Virus record (IMG/VR): IMGVR_UViG_3300032265_001314
Span: 1 to 64,000 of that record
Source: a virus
Strand: one strand, 5' to 3'
Length of the DNA stretch: 64,000 nt
Shown: positions 27,633 through 36,700 of the stretch, piece after piece
How positions within the stretch are numbered: the first letter of the stretch is position 1
How the letters are laid out: every line of letters begins with the position of its first letter
Translations under genes and position numbers: made by a program
Notes under the pieces: model-generated
What the model was told of the DNA's origin: nothing
The model's input: only the letters and a program-made list of their open reading frames with translations
Databases searched by the model: none

Positions 27633-27833
27633 TCACCAACTCTGGTAATCTGTTAGGTCTACCCAGACACCGCGGCCTTCTTGGGTTTCAATAGAAGCTT
27701 CGACAGCTAAACCGATGCCTGAGCTGTGAGAAGTAGTGATCTCAACTTCAAAGTCCTTGTCCTCTAAAGTTGAGATCCACTCCATCAGTCTCTTTAGGTC
27801 AGTAACCCTAAGTTTGACGGAGTTATTGCTCAT
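27633..27833 (-). CDS. Hypothetical protein (paralog of 27833..28096)
   Basis: L..L..W....SSGIGLAVEA pattern. Confidence 0.6.
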   Translation of the reverse strand: MSNNSVKLRVTDLKRLMEWISTLEDKDFEVEITTSHSSGIGLAVEASIETQEGRGVWVDLTDYQSW

Positions 27834-28096
27834 TAGTCTGCCTTTGAAACTGCTGAAGTTAGTGCAGTCTCGAGAGCCTTGAGATTCACAGTAGCGGTAG
27901 GTGGAGCAGTGAGAAGCTTAAAATAACCTTCGTCATCGTGCAACTCTACATAAGCTGTGATCGCCTGGCCAATGCCTGGCTCTGAGCTCGTACGGAACTC
28001 GATGCAGTCTGCATCATAGTTTAAACGTGTGAGCCAATCATTTAGATTAGCTAATTCTGTCTTGGTAATAACAAATCGACTGTCTACGCTCGCCAT
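27833..28096 (-). CDS. Hypothetical protein (paralog of 27633..27833)
   Basis: L..L..W....EPGIGQAITA pattern. Confidence 0.6.
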   Translation of the reverse strand: MASVDSRFVITKTELANLNDWLTRLNYDADCIEFRTSSEPGIGQAITAYVELHDDEGYFKLLTAPPTATVNLKALETALTSAVSKAD

Positions 28097-28097
28097 C

Positions 28098-28331
28098 TTA
28101 TTTCTCCTTTTCTGCTAAGATTTTGACTACTTGGTACTGCTCCCAGGCATTCTTAACTGCTTGGGAATTTTCTCTCAAATGCTTTTCTTGTTCTTGCTCC
28201 TGCTTGAACTTTACTAACCAATCGAGTGATTCTCTATACATAGGAGACATACTTACGGTGAGATCTATCCCGCCATACGTTTCCATCTTTGATGCTATTA
28301 TGGCACTGTCACCATAAAAGTTTTTAATCAT
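28098..28331 (-). CDS. Hypothetical protein
   Basis: GAGG SD and promoter; AVKNAWEQY motif shared with 43734..44093. Confidence 0.6.
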   Translation of the reverse strand: MIKNFYGDSAIIASKMETYGGIDLTVSMSPMYRESLDWLVKFKQEQEQEKHLRENSQAVKNAWEQYQVVKILAEKEK

Positions 28332-28381
28332 AACTACCTCTTATTTTTTAACTATACTATCTTTATTGACGTCTGTCAACA

Positions 28382-28942
28382 TTAATCCATCTTTGTAACG
28401 TTCAATGCTTTAAGTGCTTCCTGTAGCTTTACAGTCTGTAACCAGCAGTCATCGAGTGCATTATGATTGTTAGGCTTAGGGTCTCTTCCGGGAACCATGC
28501 GGAACACTGTACGGCAATCTCGTGCTTGCCAGAAATTCCAAGGCCATTTCTTACCTAGTCTACGAGCAGCAGTTTCAAGGATGATAATATCGAAGGCAGG
28601 GCCGTTTGCCCAAACCCTGTCGCATGGTCTGCAAAAATCAAAGAGGCTATCAAGAGCATCGCGAATATCCAGACGGGCAACTCCCTCACCAAATGCTTCG
28701 TGCTGTGCTTCAGGGCTTTGTTTAGCCCACCAGGCCATTGTGTCATCGTTTATCTCCGCTTCGGGATAGTCAAAGCTACCCGGGTCAATACGACAGTAAA
28801 AGTGTTCCATGTCGCGGGCGTCACGTCCACGATCGTTAGCATATGGATCAAAGCGCAGTGCGCCAATGGTGATGATTACACTATCTGGGCTAGTAGCCAG
28901 CGTTTCCAGATCGATCATTATATCACGTTCTTTTAATATCAT
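28382..28942 (-). CDS. DnaQ-like (DEDDh) 3'-5' exonuclease
   Basis: IMIDLETL, WANGPAFD, RDCRT, HNALDDC. Confidence 0.88.
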   Translation of the reverse strand: MILKERDIMIDLETLATSPDSVIITIGALRFDPYANDRGRDARDMEHFYCRIDPGSFDYPEAEINDDTMAWWAKQSPEAQHEAFGEGVARLDIRDALDSLFDFCRPCDRVWANGPAFDIIILETAARRLGKKWPWNFWQARDCRTVFRMVPGRDPKPNNHNALDDCWLQTVKLQEALKALNVTKMD

Positions 28943-28976
28943 ACACACATAATAACATCGTGTAGATATTTGTCAA

Positions 28977-29081
28977 CTAGATACTGTGATTAAGTAGTCC
29001 ATAAAGCATACAAGCCGATAGTGTTACATATACGGTTATAAAGAAATATATGCTGTATGTTATAAACTTGTCCCAACTCAT
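28977..29081 (-). CDS. 34-aa single-TM peptide (not in ORF track)
   Basis: MSWDKFITYSIYFFITVYVTLSACMLYGLLNHSI-TAG; TAATG overlap with the upstream gene. Confidence 0.45.
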   Translation of the reverse strand: MSWDKFITYSIYFFITVYVTLSACMLYGLLNHSI

Positions 29082-29653
29082 TAAAACCATAAGAATAACC
29101 CCTGTCCCATTAGAGCCAAAGCTCCTACCATAGCTCCTAATCCTGCCCAAAACATCAGCATTCCACTACTTAAAATACTAGCAGTGATTAATACTATGGC
29201 TATCTGCATTATAGATCCTGCTAGACCAATCCAAGGACTCTGACGTTTAAGATGATCTATTTCTGCATCAATAGCACTAGCTTGTGCTAGTAATTCACGT
29301 TTTCCCTCGTTGGTTTTTGGATCACTTTCGTAACGAGCGATTGCAGCTTCTAGCTCTTCTGCCTTCTTTGTATCCTTGTCTCTGATGGCGGTATCTCTAG
29401 CATATTCGGCTATATTCTGTTTAATACTCTTAGCTTGATAAAAATTGTAAACATCGTTAACATGTATAGTTTGATTCAATATTGTACTAGATATCCTTGA
29501 TCCAATGAAAGCATCTATGCTGTAGATAGCTGCGAATATACTAATTACTAGTGCAGCTCTGCTCTTTAGTTTGCTGGTAAAAGTTTGAGCTTCGGATGTG
29601 ATTTTGTCTGCATCTTTTGAAACCTGTTTAAGTAATGAGTCACCCAAAGCCAT
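29081..29653 (-). CDS. DUF4337-like membrane protein
   Basis: YNFYQAKSIKQ; MQIAIVLITASIL; TM segments. Confidence 0.7.
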   Translation of the reverse strand: MALGDSLLKQVSKDADKITSEAQTFTSKLKSRAALVISIFAAIYSIDAFIGSRISSTILNQTIHVNDVYNFYQAKSIKQNIAEYARDTAIRDKDTKKAEELEAAIARYESDPKTNEGKRELLAQASAIDAEIDHLKRQSPWIGLAGSIMQIAIVLITASILSSGMLMFWAGLGAMVGALALMGQGLFLWF

Positions 29654-29721
29654 GCTTTTCTCCTTTGTTTAGTGTATTTAAGTGCGTATATTTTAATATA
29701 AAACTAGCAGTTAAATACCTA

Positions 29722-30003
29722 GTGGAAAGCTTTTTTAAACTAGTAGCAGATGTTGGATTTCCTATCGCCGCAGCCTGTGCGATGGGTTACTTCATCTTCT
29801 TAACAATCAAATTCATCTTAGCAGGAGTTATGGGGTCGGTTAAAGGATTAAGCGGTATCATAACCGCCCTAGATAATAGGGTCAAGACTATGAATCACGA
29901 TGTTATACGTATTGATACTCTAATGAGTAATGCTTTAGGTGTTAAGCCAGATGTAGATCGTATAGCTAGAGCAGATGGTAAAAACGATGCAAGGAGAGAC
30001 TAA
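29722..30003 (+). CDS. Small membrane protein (YvrJ/BhlA-like N-terminus)
   Basis: DVGFPIAAA; GTG start 4 nt after TAAATA; related to 31279..31692. Confidence 0.6.
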   Translation: MESFFKLVADVGFPIAAACAMGYFIFLTIKFILAGVMGSVKGLSGIITALDNRVKTMNHDVIRIDTLMSNALGVKPDVDRIARADGKNDARRD

Positions 30004-30113
30004 TGGATATGGATTTTGAAACAATCGGAAGAATTTTTGGTGCTTGTATGGTTTTGTTCGTAATCTATCTTTTAATAGAAGAACAGGTTAGAGTTCGTCG
30101 GACTAAAAATTAA
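30003..30113 (+). CDS. 36-aa single-TM peptide (not in ORF track)
   Basis: MDMDFETIGRIFGACMVLFVIYLLIEEQVRVRRTKN; AAGGAG upstream; TAATG overlap. Confidence 0.5.
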   Translation: MDMDFETIGRIFGACMVLFVIYLLIEEQVRVRRTKN

Positions 30114-30306
30114 CCCTGTCTTGAATTATTTCTTGGCAAACAAAATCTAAGGCAATAAAGTAAAAAATGTGGAAAAGTATAGAATCACAGAACGTTTTTT
30201 AAACAAAGGTGATCGATATTATACCATCTATCTCGGCTTAAAATTAGTCATTATAACACGCAATAAAAAAATTGTAGATGAATATAAAGAAATAAACGAG
30301 AAATTA

Positions 30307-30681
30307 TCAGTAAAGACAGATCCTAGTTCCGTTTGAGAAATCCCAACTATTAGTAGATATTTTTCTGTCTCTGCATGGACTAGCTGATTGTTTAGCGGTA
30401 CCTTGCCATAGTATTCGGTCTTCATTAGTATCTCGGAACCAATTGTTTCCATTCCAAACAAACCCGGGTTCTATCTGTCTTACTACGACCCCTATTACTT
30501 GCCAGATCTCATTTCCTTTACCGGACCAGATCTCTGTCAATGGTCCTGATTTATTAGTTGTACAATAACTACTATGGGCATAGCTTCTACCAGTCCAATC
30601 AGGAGCAGCCCAATCACAACTTTGTCCGGCCGATAAAGGCAAGCTAACTATCAAAAATAATAAAGTTAAAACATATCTCAC
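30307..30681 (-). CDS. Secreted hypothetical protein
   Basis: Signal peptide; 4 Cys; GTG 4 nt after TAAATA. Confidence 0.55.
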   Translation of the reverse strand: MRYVLTLLFLIVSLPLSAGQSCDWAAPDWTGRSYAHSSYCTTNKSGPLTEIWSGKGNEIWQVIGVVVRQIEPGFVWNGNNWFRDTNEDRILWQGTAKQSASPCRDRKISTNSWDFSNGTRICLY

Positions 30682-30775
30682 CGTCTATTTAGGCGCAATT
30701 TGGTAATTATAATCTACTGCTTTAACTGTTCTTTTCTTATATCTAAATAATACTAGCATAAAAAGGAGAGACATC

Positions 30776-31279
30776 GTGATCCCAATGGACCCAAAAAAAG
30801 CGCAGAAGCTAGGAGAGGCATGGGGCGGAGTCATCACCGACAGTGTTTTTGGTATAGTTGATGTTGTTAAGAATGCGCCGGCACAACGGGCTGCAAATAA
30901 TCAAAAAATACAAAATAAAAATAAAATTACAGAGATTAATAATCAAATAACACGACAGAATAATCTGTTGCGCGAACAAGCAATGCGTGAAATAGCTAAA
31001 GAAGCCGAAATGGATGCGATAGCTAGAATGAGCCCTAAGCAAAGAGAAGAATATAAACAAGCAAAGTTGGCTTCTGAAAAAGCTAGAGCCAGAGCAGAAA
31101 GAGAAGCACAAGAACGTAAAGAAGAAATGGGGCAATATTTTTTAGCCTTTATATTGATATTTGTAGTAATACCGTTTATGATTTGGATAGGTTTGATTAT
31201 CTATGCTTTAGTAGATCCTATGGCATATTACTCTATGAAGAGCTGGGTGCCTTTACTTAAAACGATAGTGGGAAGATAA
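30776..31279 (+). CDS. Coiled-coil membrane protein
   Basis: TAAATA and AAGGAG upstream; C-terminal TM helix. Confidence 0.65.
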   Translation: MIPMDPKKAQKLGEAWGGVITDSVFGIVDVVKNAPAQRAANNQKIQNKNKITEINNQITRQNNLLREQAMREIAKEAEMDAIARMSPKQREEYKQAKLASEKARARAEREAQERKEEMGQYFLAFILIFVVIPFMIWIGLIIYALVDPMAYYSMKSWVPLLKTIVGR

Positions 31280-31692
31280 TGGAATCTAATGTAGCCGACT
31301 TAATCTCAAAATATGGTTTTCCAATCGTCGCAGCAGGCGGTATGGGATATATGATATATTATATATGGATATGGGCAACTACTGAAGTTAAACCAGTACT
31401 AAGCGAAGCTAATACTGTTCTTATCGCATTGATTGATCGTATACGTATGTTAGATAACGATCTTATTCGCCTAAATCAGAAACTAAACATCGTGCTGCAA
31501 CTACGTGGTAAAGAGATTGAAAGTGAACGCCACTTAGAAGATGTTAAGACTGCTGCTGCTGCTCAGAAACGCGAAATGGAAGCTGCCGAACAACAGCGCA
31601 AGGCTGCCGAACAATTGGCGCACCAAGCTCCGGATCCAGGCAACGCTAAGATATACATACAACCAACAGCACCTGTAAAGAATGATCAGTAA
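31279..31692 (+). CDS. Small membrane protein (YvrJ/BhlA-like N-terminus)
   Basis: SKYGFPIVAAGGMGY; DRIRMLDNDLIRL aligns with DNRVKTMNHDVIRI of 29722..30003. Confidence 0.65.
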   Translation: MESNVADLISKYGFPIVAAGGMGYMIYYIWIWATTEVKPVLSEANTVLIALIDRIRMLDNDLIRLNQKLNIVLQLRGKEIESERHLEDVKTAAAAQKREMEAAEQQRKAAEQLAHQAPDPGNAKIYIQPTAPVKNDQ

Positions 31693-31816
31693 TTTTGAAA
31701 ATATATACGATATATGGATGTTTGGATATAGGTTACCTATAGACGCTGCTATTTTTCTCGGAACTATGTTTGCTTTGCTCTGCGTAGCAGCTGTCTGCCA
31801 ATCATTTAAGTTATAA
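31682..31816 (+). CDS. 44-aa single-TM peptide (not in ORF track)
   Basis: MISNFENIYDIWMFGYRLPIDAAIFLGTMFALLCVAAVCQSFKL. Confidence 0.4.
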   Translation: MISNFENIYDIWMFGYRLPIDAAIFLGTMFALLCVAAVCQSFKL

Positions 31817-32374
31817 TTTTAAGAAGTTTTTTACTGCTGCTACTGTGGCATCGCTTTGCAGTATCTCATAATGGTTAGCAGCTATCTCCGCAACATTACC
31901 GCAAGTCCATCCTGTCTGTACTTTAATAGGCAATACTCCGTCGTTGCTTTCATATATAAAAGGATTAAATCCTTTATTAGCTATTAAATGTAGAACAGGT
32001 AAGTGATCATAACGCATTTCGTGTATCTCTTGGACTTGCCTGCTGCTATTCGCTATCTTGCCTATGAGACTTGCTCTGCTCATATAGAGCTGTATAAGAT
32101 TTAGATCCAGACCAGCTAATGGGCTAGCGAGAGTTATAATACCTTTACATAATGTGTCTTGGCTCATATGTAAAGCGATCATACCACCCAGGCTATGTCC
32201 AATAGCAACATATGGTTCACGCATCACACCTATGCTCATAGCTAGGATATCTTCGTAAGCATTAACACGATGATCGTAATCAACGCAATGCCAATCTTTG
32301 ATTTTGGTCTTGTGCTTTAGATAGTTAAAACTGATGCTACTGCTCCAAGCACCGTGGATACCGAGTATCTTCAT
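31811..32374 (-). CDS. Alpha/beta hydrolase (lipase/esterase-like)
   Basis: IHGAW, GHSLGG nucleophile elbow, NDGVL, NHYEIL. Confidence 0.88.
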   Translation of the reverse strand: MKILGIHGAWSSSISFNYLKHKTKIKDWHCVDYDHRVNAYEDILAMSIGVMREPYVAIGHSLGGMIALHMSQDTLCKGIITLASPLAGLDLNLIQLYMSRASLIGKIANSSRQVQEIHEMRYDHLPVLHLIANKGFNPFIYESNDGVLPIKVQTGWTCGNVAEIAANHYEILQSDATVAAVKNFLKL

Positions 32375-32377
32375 AAC

Positions 32378-33376
32378 CTATTTAATCTCCGTTAAGTTGT
32401 CTAGGAATGTCTTAGTACATATAGCCCAATCATATTTTTTACTGCTTGCTTCAACAATGGCACGATCACATTCCAGAGCATATGCTATAGCTACTTCTAA
32501 ATCATCATCCATATAACCATTGATTCCGTTCTCTACTACATCGACAGGTCCAGTGACTGGATAAGCTGCTATAGGAGTACCACAAGCTATAGATTCTAAC
32601 ATAACCACACCAAATGTATCGCTCTTGCTTGGAAAAACAAACACATCAGAATTAGCATAATATTCTGCTAGTTCTTTACCTTTCTTATATCCTGCATAGT
32701 TTACATAAGGGTACTTTTGCTTCAATTCATCTAGGTAAGGACCATCCCCGACCAGTATCTTAGTTCCCTCTATCTTTACGCTACAGAACTCGTCTAATCC
32801 TTTTTCTTTGCTAGCACGACTAACACAAAGTATTATAGGTCTTTTTACTTCTAACTTTTCTCTTAACTTACTAGTAAATAGATCTCCGTCAACTCCTCTA
32901 TTCCAAACTTCTAACCTTTGGAAGTCTCGATTGCTAAGTTCTGTTTTCATAGTGTTTGTAGTTACTAATACTTTTGTTGAAAACTTATGGAACCATCGGA
33001 CTAACCAGTAGCCCCAATCAACTGGCAACTTAAAATAGGTGTTTAGATATTCCGGAAACTTAGTATGATAGCTGGTGTTGTGTGGTATGCTACGTTTGTC
33101 TACTTTACAATACCAACGTGCAGCTAATCCTAATGTACCTTCGGTGGCTATATGTATAGCATCAGGTTTAAAGTTTTCTATCATAGGACCAACACGCCAT
33201 ATGTCTAAACTAAGCCTAACTTCAGGATAGCCTGGAGCACCTATGGTTTTAAATTGACTAGGTTCGATCACCTGTACAATGTGTCCCCAAGACTCTAACT
33301 GTTTAACTGTGGCTCTTAGTGTAGTGACCACACCATTTATATTAGCCCAAGTATCAGTTACTAGCGTTATCCTCAT
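32378..33376 (-). CDS. GT4 glycosyltransferase (Agt/MgtA-like glycolipid synthase)
   Basis: VTDTW..INGVVTTL, IHIATEGTLG, YHTKFPEY, FPSKSDTFGVVMLESIACGTP; ends in TAG. Confidence 0.88.
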   Translation of the reverse strand: MRITLVTDTWANINGVVTTLRATVKQLESWGHIVQVIEPSQFKTIGAPGYPEVRLSLDIWRVGPMIENFKPDAIHIATEGTLGLAARWYCKVDKRSIPHNTSYHTKFPEYLNTYFKLPVDWGYWLVRWFHKFSTKVLVTTNTMKTELSNRDFQRLEVWNRGVDGDLFTSKLREKLEVKRPIILCVSRASKEKGLDEFCSVKIEGTKILVGDGPYLDELKQKYPYVNYAGYKKGKELAEYYANSDVFVFPSKSDTFGVVMLESIACGTPIAAYPVTGPVDVVENGINGYMDDDLEVAIAYALECDRAIVEASSKKYDWAICTKTFLDNLTEIK

Positions 33377-34094
33377 TTCGGATTATCTCCCAAGTACCAT
33401 CATAGTTTTCTACTAGTGCCGTACAACTCTCGCACCAGTCACCACAGTTCATATATTCAATATCATTTATCTTACGTATGTTAGCGTGATGTATGTGCCC
33501 ACATACTATACCTACGCACTCTTCTGCCTTAGCATATCCACTCAGTTTATCTTCGTAGCTTCCCATAAAATTGACAGCAGATTTAACTTTGTATTTGGCC
33601 CATTGGCTCAATGACCAGTAAGGCAGTTTGAATAAACGTCTGATCTTATTAACAATAACATTAAGCCTCATACTAAAATCATAGGCTATAGTTCCAAAAT
33701 GGGCAAGCCAAGCTGCATTTTTCATTACCACATCAAATTGATCTCCGTGTATGATTAATATAGGTCTATTCTTTGTATCAATATAAATGGTCTTTTCACG
33801 TATCTCTACATTACCAAAGAACTGATCGTCAAAGTTGCGTAATACTTCGTCGTGATTACCGCTTATATAAACAACATCAGTTCCTTTACGTGCCTTACGT
33901 AATATCTTTTGTACCACATCGTTGTGTGCTTGAGGCCAATATATACTTTTACTCATAGCCCAGCAGTCTATAATATCACCTACTAGGAATAGCTTTTCAC
34001 TTTCTGTGTCTCTCAAAAAATTTAATAGCTTGTCTGCTTGGCACATCTTTGTCCCGAGATGCACATCTGATATGAAAATGCTTTTATATTTCAC
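33354..34094 (-). CDS. LpxH/PlcP-like metallophosphoesterase
   Basis: ISDVHLG, GDIID, GNHDE, HGDQFD, CGHIH, NCGDWCES. Confidence 0.88.
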   Translation of the reverse strand: MKYKSIFISDVHLGTKMCQADKLLNFLRDTESEKLFLVGDIIDCWAMSKSIYWPQAHNDVVQKILRKARKGTDVVYISGNHDEVLRNFDDQFFGNVEIREKTIYIDTKNRPILIIHGDQFDVVMKNAAWLAHFGTIAYDFSMRLNVIVNKIRRLFKLPYWSLSQWAKYKVKSAVNFMGSYEDKLSGYAKAEECVGIVCGHIHHANIRKINDIEYMNCGDWCESCTALVENYDGTWEIIRNEDNASN

Positions 34095-34100
34095 TTTACC

Positions 34101-36152
34101 TCACTTCGTATTTGTACGGTATACTCCATCCCACCCTTCGCCTGGTGGATTCTTAGCATATTCATCACAGCGGTCTGCCCACATATCGTAATAGCCGTCC
34201 ATCTTACCATCAAACTTTCCTTTGAGACTTAGTGCTATGCTTTTAGCAATAATAAATCTCTGAGCATTATATGCGTTCATCATAGTATTGTGTTCATTCT
34301 TAGCATTTTTATATCCAATAGGAACTTTTGAAAGCTCACCTAATACTGTGAATATATTCACACCTTCTTTTTTACCCTTGACTGCTAGACAATCTAGAGG
34401 TAGAGTAAAGTATGCATCTTTCACGTATTCGTTTGTCTTAGGACCTATTACCATTGCGACGTGATATGGCTTGCTCTGTCCTTCAAGTCTGCTCGCCAAG
34501 TTGACGCCGTCCCCGAGACAAGTATAATCGAAACGTTGGCTACTACCCATGTTACCCACAACAACAGTATCAGTGTTAATGCCCAATCCCATACCAAATG
34601 GTGGAACACCTTCAAGCGCAACTTCTCTGTTAAATTCATCTAGGCTTCCTAACATTTCCAATGCTGTCTTTACAGCATCCTTTGCGTGTTTTTCATTGCT
34701 AAGTGGAGCGTTCCAAAAAGCCATCTGTGCATCGCCGATGTACTTGTCCAGTGTTCCGTGATTCTCCAGTATCTTCTTAGTCATCGCTGTCATGTAGCGA
34801 TTCATTATCTTGGTTAATCCCTGAACATCGCTTCCGTAATGCTCACTAATAGTAGTAAACCCACGAACATCAGTAAACATGATTGATAGCTCAACTGAGT
34901 CTCCTCCCAATGCGAGCAGTTCGGGATTCTTCTGTAACCTAGCTACTAAGTCTGGGCTTAGGTAAGTTCCAAACTGTTTCTTTATCTGTTGCTTCTGAAG
35001 GAACTCGGATACGAATTTAACTCCGTAGGCATGCAGAGCGACCAAGATGATTCCAGATACAAAAATGGTTGCGTCGCATAACCATAGAGAGCTAGTAAAG
35101 AGATACTGACTAAGTAGCACACTCCCGCCGACCAATACAATAACTGAGGCAAGTCCAACATACATCCACCTTGTTAAAACTAGAAGTAAGATACCAGCAA
35201 CAACCAATGCGATAGTTTCTGCGCCTTCTGCCCATCCGGGTCTCTGGATATTTACCCCATTTATCATAGTTCCTAGCACCGCTGCCTGTAGATCTTGTGG
35301 CCATATAGCACCCTTTGCTGTTGGTACAGGATTAGCTATACCAGCTGCGGTAGTGCCTACTATAACAACAGCACCTCCTAGATCATCTGGTAAGTTTATA
35401 GCACTGTAGCTCTTGTTAGTCTGGCTCCAGTCTATCCATATGCGTCCTAGATTGTCTGTAGTTATTGCACCAAACTTAGGTATGCGCATCTTATCAACAC
35501 CGTCTTCGTTCAGTTTAATCTGCACGGTGCTATCACCTGCCATAACACGGAGAGTTTCTAGAGATAGGTTAGGATATAGCTTACCACCGCTAGTGATCAA
35601 TAAGGGTATCCTGCGATTAACACCATCTATCTCAGGTAGTGTATTGATAGTTCCTACACCGACTGCTGCTGATTCTAGCTCAGGGATGTTAGCTATGATA
35701 CCCGGATAGGGTATGATAGTATCCATATATTTTGCGTTAATGACCGCGGCACCCGGATTCTTGGGAGTGTTTTTTCCCTTGATGCTAGGCACGTTGCTGA
35801 GCAAGATGGGGTAGTTTTTCATAGTATTAGCCAATATACTATCACCGCCCATACGATCGGCTTCAGGCATCATTATGTTCCAAACGACCAAACCTGCTTT
35901 ATGTTTATAGAGATCTTCTATTATACCAGCATATACATCGCGTTTAAACGGCCACTGTCCGTACTTGTCTAGTGTAGCTTCATCTATGTTAACAGTTATT
36001 ATGTTGTTAGCTGTAGGAGCTTTATTAGTGATGAGAGTATCAAAATAGCGTAGCTTTACGCTTTCTACAAAGGTAGGGTTAGATAGTTTTATAGCCACTA
36101 CTAATAATAAAGTTATTAGAGCGGTCCAGGGGCTCAATAATATTCTTTTCAT
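34101..36152 (-). CDS. CHASE2-domain class III adenylate cyclase
   Basis: IDEATLDKYGQWPFKR (CHASE2); TM helices; FTDVRGFT, DKYIGDA, FDYTCLGDGVNLASRLE (K/D adenine-specificity residues). Confidence 0.93.
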   Translation of the reverse strand: MKRILLSPWTALITLLLVVAIKLSNPTFVESVKLRYFDTLITNKAPTANNIITVNIDEATLDKYGQWPFKRDVYAGIIEDLYKHKAGLVVWNIMMPEADRMGGDSILANTMKNYPILLSNVPSIKGKNTPKNPGAAVINAKYMDTIIPYPGIIANIPELESAAVGVGTINTLPEIDGVNRRIPLLITSGGKLYPNLSLETLRVMAGDSTVQIKLNEDGVDKMRIPKFGAITTDNLGRIWIDWSQTNKSYSAINLPDDLGGAVVIVGTTAAGIANPVPTAKGAIWPQDLQAAVLGTMINGVNIQRPGWAEGAETIALVVAGILLLVLTRWMYVGLASVIVLVGGSVLLSQYLFTSSLWLCDATIFVSGIILVALHAYGVKFVSEFLQKQQIKKQFGTYLSPDLVARLQKNPELLALGGDSVELSIMFTDVRGFTTISEHYGSDVQGLTKIMNRYMTAMTKKILENHGTLDKYIGDAQMAFWNAPLSNEKHAKDAVKTALEMLGSLDEFNREVALEGVPPFGMGLGINTDTVVVGNMGSSQRFDYTCLGDGVNLASRLEGQSKPYHVAMVIGPKTNEYVKDAYFTLPLDCLAVKGKKEGVNIFTVLGELSKVPIGYKNAKNEHNTMMNAYNAQRFIIAKSIALSLKGKFDGKMDGYYDMWADRCDEYAKNPPGEGWDGVYRTNTK

Positions 36153-36160
36153 ACCACTAT

Positions 36161-36697
36161 TTAGTGTTTGGTATAACTGTAACCACTACAAGGTGGTGTT
36201 AGGCATTGGATGCTTAATGATGCTGCATCAGGCACGGTAGCACTATCCTGTATTACATTTGCAGTTATGTTATTGCCACTTAGGCTGAGATGGAAAGATT
36301 TGTTAGCAGCTCCAGTCTGTGTGATATTAGCAGTGTTATTACTAGTAGGTATATTGGGATCTAAGTTTATTGCTGCATTATAACTGCCAGTACCTGTTTG
36401 TGTTATGTTTAGTGTATTATTGCTGTTGCTATTTGTAACAGGATATGTAAGCGGAGCATTTGGTCCGGTAGGTAAATTGGGTGGGACACCAATAAATGCT
36501 GTATTATTTCCGGTACCCTCTTGTGTTATAGTGACAGCATTATTATCGCCTTTGTTAAGCACGATAGCAGAACTATTAGTAGTATTGATTTGATCTATAG
36601 CGATGCTATTATTGTTACCGATCTGATCGATATAGACAGTATTTTGTGCATACGCATTTGATATCATTGTCAGTAGTATCACTATTGTATATCTCAT
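36161..36697 (-). CDS. Curlin-repeat-like secreted protein
   Basis: Signal peptide; IDQIGNNN, ITQEGTGNN, ITQTGTG, ITQTGAAN repeats. Confidence 0.75.
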   Translation of the reverse strand: MRYTIVILLTMISNAYAQNTVYIDQIGNNNSIAIDQINTTNSSAIVLNKGDNNAVTITQEGTGNNTAFIGVPPNLPTGPNAPLTYPVTNSNSNNTLNITQTGTGSYNAAINLDPNIPTSNNTANITQTGAANKSFHLSLSGNNITANVIQDSATVPDAASLSIQCLTPPCSGYSYTKH

Positions 36698-36700
36698 TTT

